Shown here in pieces: positions 15,965 to 28,870 of a stretch of DNA of 64,000 bases. Every line of letters begins with the position of its first letter. Within the stretch, counting starts at the first letter, position 1. The translations under genes were made by a program, and so were the position numbers. The DNA comes from Nemertoderma westbladi (taxonomy: Eukaryota > Animalia > Xenacoelomorpha), in NCBI GenBank assembly GCA_032718475.1, contig JAUCBJ010007728.1, forward strand, positions 124,001 through 188,000, in the 5' to 3' direction. The notes beneath the pieces were generated by a model. The model saw only the letters and a list, made by a program, of their open reading frames with translations, made no database searches and was not told where the DNA came from.

Positions 15965-16135
15965 AGACAACTGTAGCCAGACAACTGTAGCCTGTAGGCT
16001 GAGGTAAAAGTGGATGCTGGAGCGATACAACCGGTCCGTATAATATAAGCAGAATGCCAGCAAGATATGTAGGCCCGTGCCATAGACAGTAAGGGGGAAT
16101 AATGAAATAGGCCTATACTGTATATATCCATACTA
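15965..16135 (-). repeat. 3' LTR of gypsy element, outer end damaged
   Basis: Near-identical to 20941-21102. The terminal ~25 bp is missing, replaced by a duplicated AGACAACTGTAGCC. Confidence 0.9.
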
Positions 16136-16149
16136 ACTCCCCCTTTAGG
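16136..16149 (-). promoter_or_regulatory. Polypurine tract of gypsy element
   Basis: Minus strand CCTAAAGGGGGAGT immediately precedes the 3' LTR start. Confidence 0.85.
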
Positions 16150-16237
16150 CGATTTTGTCAGATCAAAATTGTTTACAGTGAACCCCATACACCATATTAT
16201 AGTTTAAAAATAATAAATGACTATTCTAGTGTAATAA

Positions 16238-19083
16238 TTAATTTTTATAGTCTCCAAATTGAACAGTAGGTTTTGTTACACGAGTGCTGCGGCGTATTAC
16301 GCTCTTACTTTCAGTTTCCAACACCGGTGTTGGAACTGTTTTCTGTTGGGTTGGGTTCGGTGGTGTTTCGAGTTCAATGACCTCGTGGTAGCGACGGAGA
16401 AAACGTCTGTTTCGCCACCATGTACGACCTGATGGTAGTTTAACGTGGTAGTCTCGTCGTTTTCCGGCCCCAACTATAATACCGACACGATCCCAACGTT
16501 TAGATCTGGAGTCTTGGAGGCAAACTTTTGTGCCTATTAGGAATGGTTTGAGGTCCTGCGCCGTTGAATTGTAGTGTTTGACGGCTTTCTCGCGAATAGT
16601 TTTGTGTCGTGCGTCAGCTGTCTCGGCTGACTGCTGCCACTTCGGGTCAAATGAAGTGTGATGGGATGGTACACGCAATCGCAGGTTGCGCCCAAAAACG
16701 ATCTGGCTTGGTGAGCGACCATCCGCGTGTGGTGTGTTCCGTACCTCGAGTAATCCTTCGAGGAATTCCTCAGAATTTATGTCTGAGGTTGTCGTTTTTG
16801 CCAATAGACCTTTAATGAGTTTTACGTGGCATTCCGCGTGCCCGTTACTGGACGGAAAATGCGGCGTACTAGGCGCCCATTCGACCCCCCAACATTGCAG
16901 GAATTTCCTAAAGTTGGATGCGGCGAATTGAGGTCCGCCATCGCTTCGAAGTTTGGTTGGAATGCCTAAGTCGACGAAACATTTCCATAACACGCTGACG
17001 ACTTGTTGTGATGTTGGGTCATTACGCCATTGACCAACGAGTGGATAGCCAGATAATAAATCTGTGTAAACAATGTAGTGTCGGCCGGCGAGAGAGAATA
17101 GGTCTGTCGATGCGTGTTCGAAGGGTCTGGTTGGCTGTGGGTCAGTAACCAACGTCTCCTTCGGCAGGCTCGGTAGTCGTTCTTGGCACTGATGACATTG
17201 CTGAACCATTTGGATTATGTCGTTGTTTATTCCCGGCCAGTAGACTGCGGACCGCGCTCTTTGTTTCGTCCGCGTCATACCCTGGTGGGCGGCGTGTAGG
17301 CGTTCTAGAATTTCGGCTCGTTTCGCACTAGGTATAACCAGGTGTGGACCATATAATACCAGGCCGTTATCTACGGAGAGTTCGTTATGTATGGATTTAA
17401 ATTGCTGGACGAATCCGGAGGTGTGGTTTTCAGTTGTGAATCCGCTTAGGATTTCAGTAACTAATTGCTGATAGGCCTTATCGTTTAAGGCTACCTTCCG
17501 GATTTCCTCGATAACGGGGTCTGTTGTAGGTGGTTCTAGAACGTTTTCAGGATCTAAGTCCCGAGTATTAGTTAATGCTATCCGTATAGCTGCTATGGTT
17601 CTTGTGACATCGTCATCTTCCTTTAATAATTCATCAGTGGTATCGGGGTCATCCACTGGAGCTCGGCTGAGACAGTCTGCAATTTTATTGTCTTTACCTT
17701 TTTGCCACACTAATTCAAATTGATATTTCGATTGCAGCTGAGCTTTAATTCGCTGGAGTTTTGTATTATCGACTTGATCCAGGGTTTGTTTATTGAAGAT
17801 TGAAAGTAAAGGCCGATGGTCAGTCATAACTTTAAAACTTTCTAATCCAGCTAAATATAGGTGGCATTTACTCATTGCATATTTTATAGCAATGGCTTCC
17901 AATTCTATTGTGGCATACCGGGTTTCGGCGTCCGATATAAATCGGCTTCCACAGGCAATGAGCTTCCATTTATTATTATTATTTTGCAGTAAATCGAAGC
18001 CAAATCCGTGCAATCGACTGGCGTCTACTTCTAACCGTGTTTCAGCGTGCGGATCGAAGGGTACCAGGATTGGAGGTTTTAGAAGTGCGTATTTAACAGC
18101 CTCGAATGCATTATCATGCATTATTTCCCATGTAAAATGGTTGCGAGTTCGTAGTAACTCGCGCAACGGAGTCGCTGCAGCGCTGACTTCCGCGGAAAAG
18201 CAACCGAGTTGGTTAACGAGTCCCATAAAACTTCTGAGTTCACTTATGTTAGTTGGTTTGGGAAACTCGGAGATTGCCTTTACTTTGTTGGGGTCTGCCT
18301 CGATGCCGTTGTGTAAAACGATATATCCTGCGAACTTTACGCGTTCTTGAGCGAAGTTGAACTTTTCAGGATGGAGGGTGATGCCAAAATCCCGACAGCG
18401 TTGTAGAACCGAACGAACGCGTTCAACGTGAGTGTCAAACTCGACATCCTCGATGAGCAGGTCGTCTACGATTTTATTTATGTTGGCCATACCCTCAAAA
18501 GCCATGTCTCCCCTATAATTATATGAGTCCCCGCTGGATATGAAGCCCATCGGGGCCCGGCAGTACCGGTAGTGAGGTCTCGCGATCCTTCCGCCAACTC
18601 GACTTGCCAATAACCAGACTTAGCGTCGATTTTTGTGAAATAACGCGCGTCTGGTGTGCGGTCTGAGACAACGTCGAAAGGAGTTTTGGCATTGTGTATA
18701 GTTCGTTTCACCTGATTATTTAATTTGGTAAGGTCAACCGTGATGCGAATTTCATCCGGTCGACCGGGTTTGGGGCAAACAACCATGGGATGACACCAAT
18801 CTGTGGCCCGGTCACCCACCCGTTCAATGATGCCTTTGTCCAACATGTCGTTGAGTTCGGCGTGGGCTTTATCTCTGTACGCGTAGGGTATAGAGCGGGT
18901 GGCGTAGATGCAGAAAGGTTTTGCACCTTCCTTGACTTCTATAGTCATAGGGGGACCCAGCATCGGTTTAAGTTGGCCTTTGATGGCAAAGTCGTCACTA
19001 AACTCTTCCAGAAGTTTTTGTTTTATTTTTTCTACGAGTTCAGCATCTATGTTAATAGGTGCAACCACTTTATTTTCCTTCAC
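16238..19083 (-). pseudogene. pol: Gypsy pol (RT, RNase H, integrase), frameshifted
   Basis: RITVDLTKLN and FTKIDAKSGYWQV (ORF 18478-19083). After a deletion/frameshift near 18570: KIVDDLLI, VDAS, RYATIELE, TDHRPL, ADCLSR, H-x3-H..CHQC, SDGGPQF, SNGHAE (ORF 16238-18610). Confidence 0.92.
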
Positions 19084-20732
19084 TAAATGGAGTGGTGTGG
19101 GGAATTCGTCGTGGACGATGTTGAAGGCTTAACAACTGTAAAGGAAAGATAAATATCTTTAATTCCGTCACAAATATAAACCCATTCGTTGTAACGCATG
19201 TTTTCAATCTGTAGAGTTAGTTTTAAACGTCCTATACATTTTATTGGATTGCTGTTTATTGCTTCCAGTGGCTCGTCTAATTCTCTAAGTTTATTTATAG
19301 ATATACCGAGGCGATTTAGAATACCGATTCCGCCAGCGGTGACGTCTGCGCCGGTGTCTGCAATGCAAGCGCTTGTTGTTAGCAGTTTCCCCGTACCGGT
19401 ATGCACGAATTGTATGGAGATGCGAGGTTTACCGGCCTCCCGGGCTAGTTCGCGTGGTTCGACGCCAATTTTCGCGAGGGAAATCGCACTGGAAGTTGCC
19501 TTCTTTGGTTGGCGACATAGATGGGTGAAGTGGCCGATACGTTCGCATTTTTTGCATTCGCGGCCAATGGCTTTACACGGTTTATCTTTCTCGTGAGGCC
19601 AAACTCCACCACATTTCCAGCAGCGATTATTGTCTCGTATTTGTGGATGGGGTTTGAATTGTCGACCTTTACTGGAGCTCCGTTGGCTATCTGACTTACT
19701 AAAATTACGCCCTCGGTTCTGAGGTTTAACTGCGTTAACTTTGTATGTCAGTCGTTGATCTTCCCGAACAGCCAGCTCCCGATTACGGCAAAAATCGACA
19801 GTTTCATCGCGGGATAGGGCAGGCCTTTTACCCAAAAGTTCCTGGCGTACCTCCTCATCCCGTATACCGCAAACTATTAAAGTGGAGATCCAGTCCTCCT
19901 TTGTCATAACTTCGATGTTTGCGTCATCCACCAGTTCGCACAACTGAATGTAGTAATCGTCGAACGACTGTTTGTCTTCCTGTTTAGTCCGTACCAGTTT
20001 GTAGCGGTCTACAGTTATATTCTGTTGTGCGCGGAGGTGTTCCCGTATTTTTACGAGGATTTCGTCCGTTGACAGTCAGGTATCTTGAGGAATTTTGACA
20101 GCATAATGCATCCGGTTCAGGAAATCAGGGCTGCAGTATGAAAAGAACGTTGCCACCTGATCTTCCATAGGTTTGCTGTCGAGTTTTGTCACCCGGGCAT
20201 AATTGCGCCATGTTGTCTCCCACCGTTTAAATGTTTTGTAGGAAACGTCGTCCTCGATAATGTTTCGCGGGTGTACAGTGAGTTTGATTGCCTCGCGGTC
20301 TTTGGGACGTCTGGAGCTTCCGTGCGTTGCCGATCCCGGGCCCGCAACTGCTATTACGTCGCGCTCTTCCCGCAATCCCTCAAGTAAATGCTGTTGGTTT
20401 TGATCGACGAGGTAGAGGAGTTGTCTGTGCTCTTCCGCCCGTTCTCGTCGTTCAACCCGCTGTTCTTCCATTCGTTTAGCATCCTGGTCGACAAAGTGCG
20501 CGAGGAGTTTAGCTAAATCGGAACCTCCGACTTCTCCGGTTTGTTCAGGTTCTGATTCTGCTCCTTCTACGAACTTTAGCAACCGTTTTCTAAGAACCGT
20601 TGTTGCCATTCTGTGGCTGTACTTAATTCCGGCATTTGCGAGGTGTGCTTTAATAGTCGCCCGGTCAAGGTGTTCTATCGAAGCTGGATCAATTTCCCAC
20701 ATTTCATCCTGGGTTGGGAGTTCGTCCATCAC
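19083..20732 (-). pseudogene. gag: Gypsy gag-protease with in-frame stop at 20076-20078
   Basis: ORFs 20076-20732 and 19083-19943 are in the same frame. Knuckles CWKCGGVWPHEKDKPC and CKKCERIGHFTHLC; protease motif ADTGAD. Confidence 0.88.
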
Positions 20733-20904
20733 GCAAATTAAATAGGCCTATGTTTTTTTAATATATGAAATTTCAAATTATTAATTAGCAAGCAAATAAC
20801 GTCAGAACGTGCAGACGTACAGTCGATCGATGATCGATCGGTGATATTGCAGTGCAGTTTATTGCGTAAGTTCAAGCGCAGCGCGGTACTGGTACTGCGC
20901 CTAT

Positions 20905-20916
20905 CTCACTGCGCCA
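20905..20916 (-). promoter_or_regulatory. Primer-binding site, likely tRNA-Ser
   Basis: TGGCGCAGTGAG directly follows the 5' LTR end (...CATACCA) and resembles the complement of a tRNA-Ser 3' end. Confidence 0.8.
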
Positions 20917-21102
20917 TGGTATGTCCGGCTGTCCGGTACATAGCCAGACAACTGTAGCCTGTAGGCTGAGGTAAAAATGGATGCTGGAGCGACACAACCG
21001 GTCCGTATAATATAAGCAGAATGCCAGCAAGATATGTAGGCCCGTGCCATAGACAGTAAGGGGGAATAATGAAATAGGCCTATACTGTATATATCCATAC
21101 CA
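20917..21102 (-). repeat. 5' LTR of gypsy element (186 bp)
   Basis: Minus strand TGGTATG...CATACCA terminal inverted repeats; matches the 3' LTR. Confidence 0.92.
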
Positions 21103-21852
21103 ATATGTGGCTGTCTGAGTGGAGCGATAAGTAGCCTATCTCCTTGTTAATATTGTTGTGTTCTAGAATATTTATTATAGTTTCATCGTATTGCCAAAGT
21201 GACTAGAGCTGAAGTTGACTCATAATACAATAATTCACCTCAAATATCTCAGCTATTTCATGAACATAATGAAGTATTAAAGCCATCTCGAAATCCTTGG
21301 TGTTTTTCTGCAATAATTTATCAGAATATCCTCTGTTTTTTTACAAAAACCATATCGATTTTCATATTTATAACTTCTAACCCACTCCAAGAGATAGAGA
21401 ATCTTAGATGAATGTCACAAGAACAGGTAACACTTACATTTATAGAAGTAATCAGCTGTTATTTGCTACGTCTTTCCGCTGAGGATGAATGCATTTTGAT
21501 TGTGTCAGAACACCCCCTATCTGTGGTTGTATGAGTGGAGAGATAAGTAGCCTAACTCCCTATTAATATTGTTGTGTTCTAGAATATTTTTAATAGTTTC
21601 ATCGTATTGCCAAAGTGACTGGAGCTAAAGTTATTATGTAATGCAATAATTCACCTCAAATATCTCAGCTATTTCATGAACATAATGAAGTATTAAAGCC
21701 ATCTCGAAATCCTTGGTGTTTATCTGCAATAATTTATCAGAATATCCTCTGTTTTTTTACAAAAACCATATCGATTTTCATATTTATAACTTCTAACCCA
21801 CTCCAAGAGATAGAGAATCTTAAATGAAAGTCACAAGAACAGGTAACACTTA
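21103..21852. repeat. Satellite, ~1.8 monomers between insertions
   Basis: Same monomer as 1-15964. Confidence 0.97.
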
Positions 21853-24146
21853 TGTAAGGTCCAGATCCTAGTAACGATGTATCTTACTATGAGACTCTAG
21901 TAATGTATACGGGCTCGTACAGTATCTGACAACAAATCCCAGTCCAGGATATCTAAACAAACAGATACAATACACAAACGACTACTGGCGAGGAACAGAG
22001 CCTAGTATCTATTCTATGTACGTGAGCGGGTCTAATGCCTACGTACTAGACAAAAGGATACCTGTCCTCTAACCGGTGAGGCAGATGTACAGTTACAGTA
22101 ACAGACCAAACTCACAGGAAAACAATCCCCGCGCAGCGAATCCTAACTATCACTGACAGTCCTAAATACAGTAACTTGCCGCGGTGTGATTTATATGGTT
22201 TATATACGAGCTAGTGGGTTAACAGACCTAGCGTAACAACACTGATTCTGTCCTAAATCAGTCGAAAAGGGGTCGTGCCTAATGTAACAATAACTGATCC
22301 CCCTGTACGAAATCAGTCTAAAGGGTCAGGCCTAAATGTAACAATACTGCTGAACAGGAACCAACAGTTTAATAACGAAAATGAAATACTCTCTCTTGCC
22401 GCAACTAAATATCAGATCCTAATTTTATAAATACAGATAATTTCTGCCTAAAGTAATGTATAGTGCGCTATAGCTAGTAGAACTCTAAGGGCGAATATGT
22501 TTTAGGGCGTGTGTGTGTGGGTGTGTTACAAATAAAACAATTTCGTGTATTTCCTTTTACTAGGTTTTAGTGATTTTCTGACCGAAATGATACCGTGCGC
22601 TAGCTACTAAAATAAACCAGTCGCGTTTTGTAGAACTTTATACTCACAAATGACGTCAAAGCTCTCTCCTTCCTATCCACAACACAATGGGCAACCACGG
22701 TGTTAGTAACTACACCCGTGATCGGCACTAATACCAGATTCTGGTTGTAAGATAAGAAATAGGGGTTAATCGCTACCGTACGTTAGCTGATCTGGTATAC
22801 AAATTTGATTCTAGAACTTTGTTGCCGCGGTAGTTAGCAGCAATACCTATCAGTACGTGGCAAGGCGCGGTAGGATATTAATAAACCTCCCTAGGCCAAG
22901 CAGTGTGCCGGTAGCAGAAATGCTCCTTGCCTGATCAAATAGCTAACTCCAGACAGGGGGGGGGGGGGGGTACTAATGTACGTTCTACAAAGCGAACCGG
23001 TACCAAACAGTCAGTACTACGAATCACTAAATTATGGAACATATGCTGTCCGTACCTATGTACTCGCGTACTGACGAATGGCAATAGTTCGCACCTGTAT
23101 GTAGGAAGAACAGGTTAACCCAGGGGTTCGTAGGACATAATAAAGGGGGGGGGGTGTTTCTGTCTGAATATAATTATTTGATCCTAAATTTGCGGCGTCC
23201 AGGACGGCGTCACGCTTACCCTGATCTATAGGTCTTACGGCGGGCAAGGGCATCGAACAAAGTCTTACCTTTCTCACAAAGCGGGCGCTGCATGGCAAGT
23301 AGAGTATTTCGAAGGGCAAAGGGGGTGCGCGGTCAATCCAATGTCGGCGCTAGCGTGTTGTGGACATCCTTTCCCTGCGTTACTGACGGCCTAACGGTCT
23401 AGGCTGCCATCTTCCCGATGTTTGGCTGTCCCAAAGTTGGACCAAAAGAAAACATGTTCAGGAATTTGCAGTATATTTACAGTTTTACAAAGGATTTATC
23501 AAACAAAGTTTCAACAAGAAACCAAATAAACTAATAACAATTTACTAAAGATAGATGATCTAAAAGGGGTAACGAGGCAGTAAGAAGGGTGGTTTTTTAC
23601 AAGAAGTGATAACCGAAGGCAAACCGGCCTTTTATACTAAATATCACACATGGAAACCAAACATAATTTTCCACATCTTCACATTTGAGCAATAAAGTGC
23701 TTTGTGCCCTATGATTGGCCCAGCTCATCGTTCAACGCAATCCGGCCCTTGCACTAATCTGGGACATGGAATCCTAACAGAATTTTCCATTGCCTCACAT
23801 TTGAGCAATAAGATAATTTATGCCCCATGATTGGCCTGGCTCATCTTTCGCTACGTTGTACGCTTCTCATTGGTCCGCCAATTAGCACCAAATGAAATTA
23901 AATGGCCCCAAAATACAAATTTCCCGACCGGGATTCGAACTCGTAACGAGTTCGAATCCCGGTCTGTAATGTAACCAACGCCTTAACCATCTGACCACTA
24001 CGCCACGAGAGTACCTAAGGGTTTTATGTGTACAAATATGAATAGGCAATATTACATTACTGTAACTTAATCAAAATGCGTCGGATTTTCGAAAGTTTTT
24101 ACGTTAAAGTTAAACTACAAATGCTACCTTATAGTGAAATAATTCA
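21853..24146 (-). repeat. 3' LTR of BEL element A (~2.3 kb)
   Basis: Starts TGAATT after a BEL-style GTTTTCATGGAGCGGTGA PPT context and ends ...ACA. Contains CCAAT boxes and TATAAAAG (~23630). Shares blocks such as AACCATATAAATCACACCGCGGCAA with the element B LTRs. Start inferred, no partner LTR available. Confidence 0.72.
23926..24004 (-). promoter_or_regulatory. tRNA-derived Pol III A/B-box module with inverted B-box duplication
   Basis: A-box TGGTCAGATGG (23987-23997), B-box GAGTTCGAATCC (23931-23942), perfect 19-bp-arm inverted repeat 23926-23964. Confidence 0.7.
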
Positions 24147-24381
24147 TCACCGCTCCATGAAAACAGTAAGTAAGACTGTTTTCACCAATCGAAATATAAA
24201 ATATTTACAAACTACTTCTAAATCTACTGGTAGGGCCTAAAATATAAAATATAATCACTATCTAATTATTGCATACTTAATATTGCAGATACGGCATAAA
24301 TACATACGTACATACATACAAATCGTACAGATCAGAATCGTACAAATCGGTAGGCTCGCAAGCCTTCCTTCCACTCGCTTT

Positions 24382-27300
24382 CTATTCCTTCGCTGAGCGG
24401 GCTCGTCCACGTCCTCTAGTGCGATTGGGGGGTGGTCGAGGTCGAACTGGGCTCGGACTTTGGCGTCGAGTCGTCGGTGGTTCCAAAACGCTAGGAAAGG
24501 GAACGACGGGAGTTTCGCACATCCGCCGTGCGCTCAATCCTCTAAATCCTCGTCCGATTCCAACTGTCGGCTTAACATCGGATCTAGTCTCTACAACGCT
24601 AGGAGGAAGTCGAAAGGGTAGGACCGTTCCGTCCGTTGACACCTCGCTCTCTGACGTCGTTTGAATCCTAATGGGTTCAGTCAAAGCGTATCCTGTCCCT
24701 CCGCGTGGTTCTCTAGCAAGGGAAACCGTGCCCCGAGTCATCCGGATTTGCGACTTCGATGTCGTCCTCTCGGCGACATTTACTATCTTCTTAATCTCTT
24801 GTCCGGCCTTCTGGGCTTTGAGTATACGAAATTGCTGATCATCCTGTGGGTGACGCGTCTTCTCTGCTAACGGCGTGGCCTTGAAGCCAGTCTCACGCAA
24901 AACGTCGGTCTCGTCCGGAATGCACGAGGTTACGCGTTTGTGATAAAATGCGCTCCAGTATGCCCAAGCTATCGAATGCCAGGCTCCTCGATTCCGCTGT
25001 TCAACTCGCAGTTTATCGAATTCTCCGGCGGTAATCTTGTTCACCACAGTTTGAAAGTTCCAAGTATTCTTGTTGTCGGGGTGCACTTGTAAGAAATAGT
25101 CCCGCACAATTTTGAATCCACTGTCCAACGGCAATATATCCAATACCTCCAACAATTCATCATACTGAGGCATAGCCGATACATATCCTTCCTTTGACAT
25201 TATGAGAGGGTTTACGGCCCAAAATCCCAAATGTGCTCTCATAGGGAAGCGGCGTCGCTGCGTCGATACATGCTCGTCTGCTAGATCCTCCCAATGGTCG
25301 AATAATTGTCGAACGATTTTAACTGACATGTGCTCATAGGGGACGTCTCTAAGTTGACATTCGGATGCCCTATGGCCCTTAATATTACAATAAGTACACT
25401 GCGCCACGAAACGCCAGCAAGTGTAGAAAGTGTGCGAACGTGATCCCCGCACCAGTTGCATACTAAATCCGGTAGAGATATGTGCTTCGCTCCGCACTTC
25501 TTTGCGTGATGGCCAGTTGCTCCGCATCTGCCACAAATAGTGTTGGCAGGATACCAAACTCGCTCATAGATGAGATCTCAGATGGGGCGAGCGCTACCGT
25601 CCACGTGATAATTCTCATCATCTGGGTCAGTCGGTATGTTCGTCTCTGTAGGTTGTACACAAACCATGGCGTCTCTTTTCTCCAACTCGCGTATCTCAGT
25701 TCGCGTCTTCCTCGGAAGGTTCTCCTCTATCTCTATGAGTTGCCATAACGGTTCGTCTATTAGCGCCAACTCGGTCGGATCCACATCGTCATGATGGGCG
25801 GTAGGCTCGCGAGCCTTCCAGGATCCTTCCGGGCGTTCGAATTCCGCGTGGCGTTCCCCGTCGTAGGGTACTAACGTTAACATCGACGGTATGTCGACTA
25901 GACTTCCCGCGTGAGTGAGATAGACGTCCCTGAAAACGCTAAGTCCCGCTCGCGTGAAAACTTCGCAGTGCGCATCGGTGTTATAAAAGGGTTGGAGAAA
26001 TCGTCGGAATACATCAGTATGCGTCCTTCCTCCATCGTAAAAGGTATGTCCTTCGCCAAGACATAACGGGTGTCGCTTTAGGGTTCTGGATACTACGTCC
26101 GCGATGAAACAAACGTTAACCGAAGATTCTATCGCTAAATAGTATTGCAAGATTATCCGCGGAGGTGAAGTAATCGCCCAATACACGCAACCTCGCCACT
26201 TCAACTGTGACTCAAACTCGTTTACGCTGGGGATATCTCCCTCTCCGTATACGTCCGTGTATTTGTTCCTCTTACTCTCCTTGTAATCCCAACTGAACAT
26301 TAGATATGAGATATAACCCGTCCCAGTTTTTAGCGTGTTATACTCCCTAAAATATCCTTGCTCAATAGCCCAAAGCAACAATAATGGTCTAGTATCCACG
26401 TATGGCGTAGGCAATCGGTCCTCTTCCGTGGGCATCCCTGCAAAGTCGCTAATAAGGTCATCCCGTACACCGGATCCGATCTTGACGATGCTCTTATCCA
26501 ACACAACGTCTCGCACGGCCTTTGGCAACATCCTAGCTTCTATGCTACAAGCCAGGTCCATGGATTTAACTATCCGTTTTATCATCGCGTGTCTTTGCGT
26601 CGTTCCTTCCGGCATAGGCATCTTCCCATCACTCCTCTGTCGGCTGAAGACATGTAACACGCCATCTGGTGCTCTAATCTGTATAGTCTTTGAAGTGAGG
26701 CTTTGCTGATGGCTTCCTCCTTCATTATCGTAAAACATATAACCATTCTCTTTCAGAGATCGGCTAGTCACATCCCAATCGTCGAGTAAATCGTCGGTAG
26801 GGTTCCAAATTCTCCCAATCGACTTTTCATCATCGAAACTAATAGGTTTACCGGTCCAATTGGTCGCGATATCGGTGTCGGTCTCAAACGTTCCAACTCC
26901 GATCCATAATCGAATCGTTTTCGTCAGATATCCTCGCAAGATACAAGGTGCGATATCCGTCCCCGCGCGATCCACTTCCTTAAAGTCCGTAATATGTGGA
27001 GGCACGTTGCGTACGATTTTTTGAACTATTACTTTACGCAACTCGGCTGATTCTAACACATCACCGAAGGTAACCGATGGGAGGAAATCCAGGTTCGAGA
27101 TGATCTCCGGGTGTTCAACTATAGGGATCTCGTAAGTTGTCTCCTTCCGGGTCGGTATACTAATAGGAAAACTAGTTGGTCTCGCAACCGGTACTATCGC
27201 TCCAGTGGAATGGGGCTGAGGTTCTCGCGTCATCTCGACATGAGGTATCTGTAGTCTCTGCGACAAACGCTGAGCAAAGGTGATACTATCGAAGAGCTCG

Positions 27301-28136
27301 GGTGTCATCTCCTTGGGTTCGGTTTGATCGTGGGATATCCAATAGAATGGTAGGCTCGCGAGCCTTCCGCCGAACTCCTCGATCTCACCTTTCTCGTACG
27401 CCTTGTATGCCCTGTAGAGGCTCAAAGCTTCCCATTTCTCTTGTGTCGACTTATTAGACTCGTCCACTACCATGCTGTAGACGTCTGGTTCGACTAATTT
27501 GGGTTCGTAAATAACGATCTCACCCGCGTTCGGTCCACTCATTTTAAACGAATGATACGGATTTGTCAAAGGGTATCCGCCTTCTTGGTAACGTAGACTT
27601 TGGTGGTGTGAACATCGCACTAATATCGGCTCGGGGTTCTCCGAGTTCAACCGCATAGGAATCGCGTTGTCTTGCTCGCGCATACACGCTCCACATTTAT
27701 AAAACAGTTTGTATATGGAGAACGCGTCCTTGGTCTCTGGATCCGCACCTCGAGCGCGTCTATAAAGATGCATTCCTTCAAATTCGTCTCTAGCTGCAGG
27801 TAAGGGTTCGTTTACTGTCAAATATTGCAGCGTATGATACAATCGGCATATTTCGGTGTCTGGATCCTCGCAAATGTCGCTAGCGTCGCATAACGCATCG
27901 TAGGGATATAACGCATTGAACTCCGCGCGTAATTCCTCCGTCCTTTTGTTGTATGCATCCAACCGCTGTCGCGTAACATTCGGGTCCGCCTTGGATTTAG
28001 CGAGCTTGGCTGTACTCCTAGCCATACTCTCCACTCCAAACACACTAAAGTTTTTAGCTCCATAACGATTGAATGGCGCCTGGTGCTCTTGTTCTTGCGT
28101 AAACCCTTGACGTAACTCTTTATACATCTTCTCCAT
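24382..28136 (-). pseudogene. ORF2 of BEL A: DEDDy 3'-5' exonuclease + triple zinc knuckle + RS/RG tail
   Basis: FYDNEGG, TIQI, LPKAVRDVVLDKSIVKIGSGVRDD, YVDT, W..SPP..LQYYLAIES. Collinear with 46257-49982. TGA at 25578-25580 replaces GGA, and there is a frameshift near 25440. Confidence 0.82.
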
Positions 28137-28178
28137 CGTATACGAATATATATGTGGTTACATATCGTTACGTTTCTA

Positions 28179-28375
28179 CTAGATGAAGCACAAAATAGAG
28201 GTTAGATGTGACGTGACTTAGAGTTTGTCGGCTTTTGGCTCAACTCTGCTCTAAACCCCAACCCATTTGCCTAATGATTTCGGGTTCGCGTGATTTTGCA
28301 CTGGCTCCTAATCCAAAAAATGTGCCGATAAAAAACGAATTCCGGGTAAACTAGCCGCGAGTCTAAAATACTCAC
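28179..28375 (-). other. Predicted intron in ORF2 leader (element A)
   Basis: Donor AG|GTGAGT, branch point TCTAAC, acceptor TTTTGTGCTTCATCTAG|TAG; conserved in element B. Confidence 0.6.
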
Positions 28376-28870
28376 CTTTTAATTTCCCACGCTACATTTC
28401 CCAAGAAAAATAGTGCAGTTGAGAATTAATTGGTCTAAATAATAGTAGACACGACTACGTAGAACAAGGCCGATTTTCTTTTCCAAAAAAAATTTATCGG
28501 TAGGCTCGCAAGCCTTCCATCCGCTCTTGTCCTCCCCAATTTTAATTTTTATCTAGCTGTATTCTAGAATTTGCTTTTACTGGAGAATCGTTTTTCTTAA
28601 ATTTAAATCCAAATAAATGGATTTATTTAATAATTTTTGAAAATTGTCTCACTTGTGGGTTCCAAGTGGAATTCCATTCCTACTGTACACACAATCCCAC
28701 TCCTATGTGATACATAAGGGTACTACCCTCCATGTTCACGTATAAAGACAATGGAATTCCACCGCTGTCTCTATCTACAGTGAAGAGGATTACAAATGCA
28801 CGTACAGTAATACAAATACAAATAACTAAAATACAGTAGGTCTATGTGGTGGCCAATCAAGGTCCCACAT

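Larger units (their letters stand above)
15965..21102 (-). mobile_element. Ty3/gypsy LTR retrotransposon, Mag-like, decayed
   Basis: Two short LTRs, PBS, PPT, gag with two CCHC knuckles, PR-RT-RH-INT order; satellite resumes in nearly the same monomer phase on both sides. Confidence 0.95.

Noticed and set aside
20073-20078. TGA-CTG as programmed readthrough in gypsy gag
   Set aside because: Lies mid-gag in a copy with other frameshifts; simple nonsense decay is more likely.
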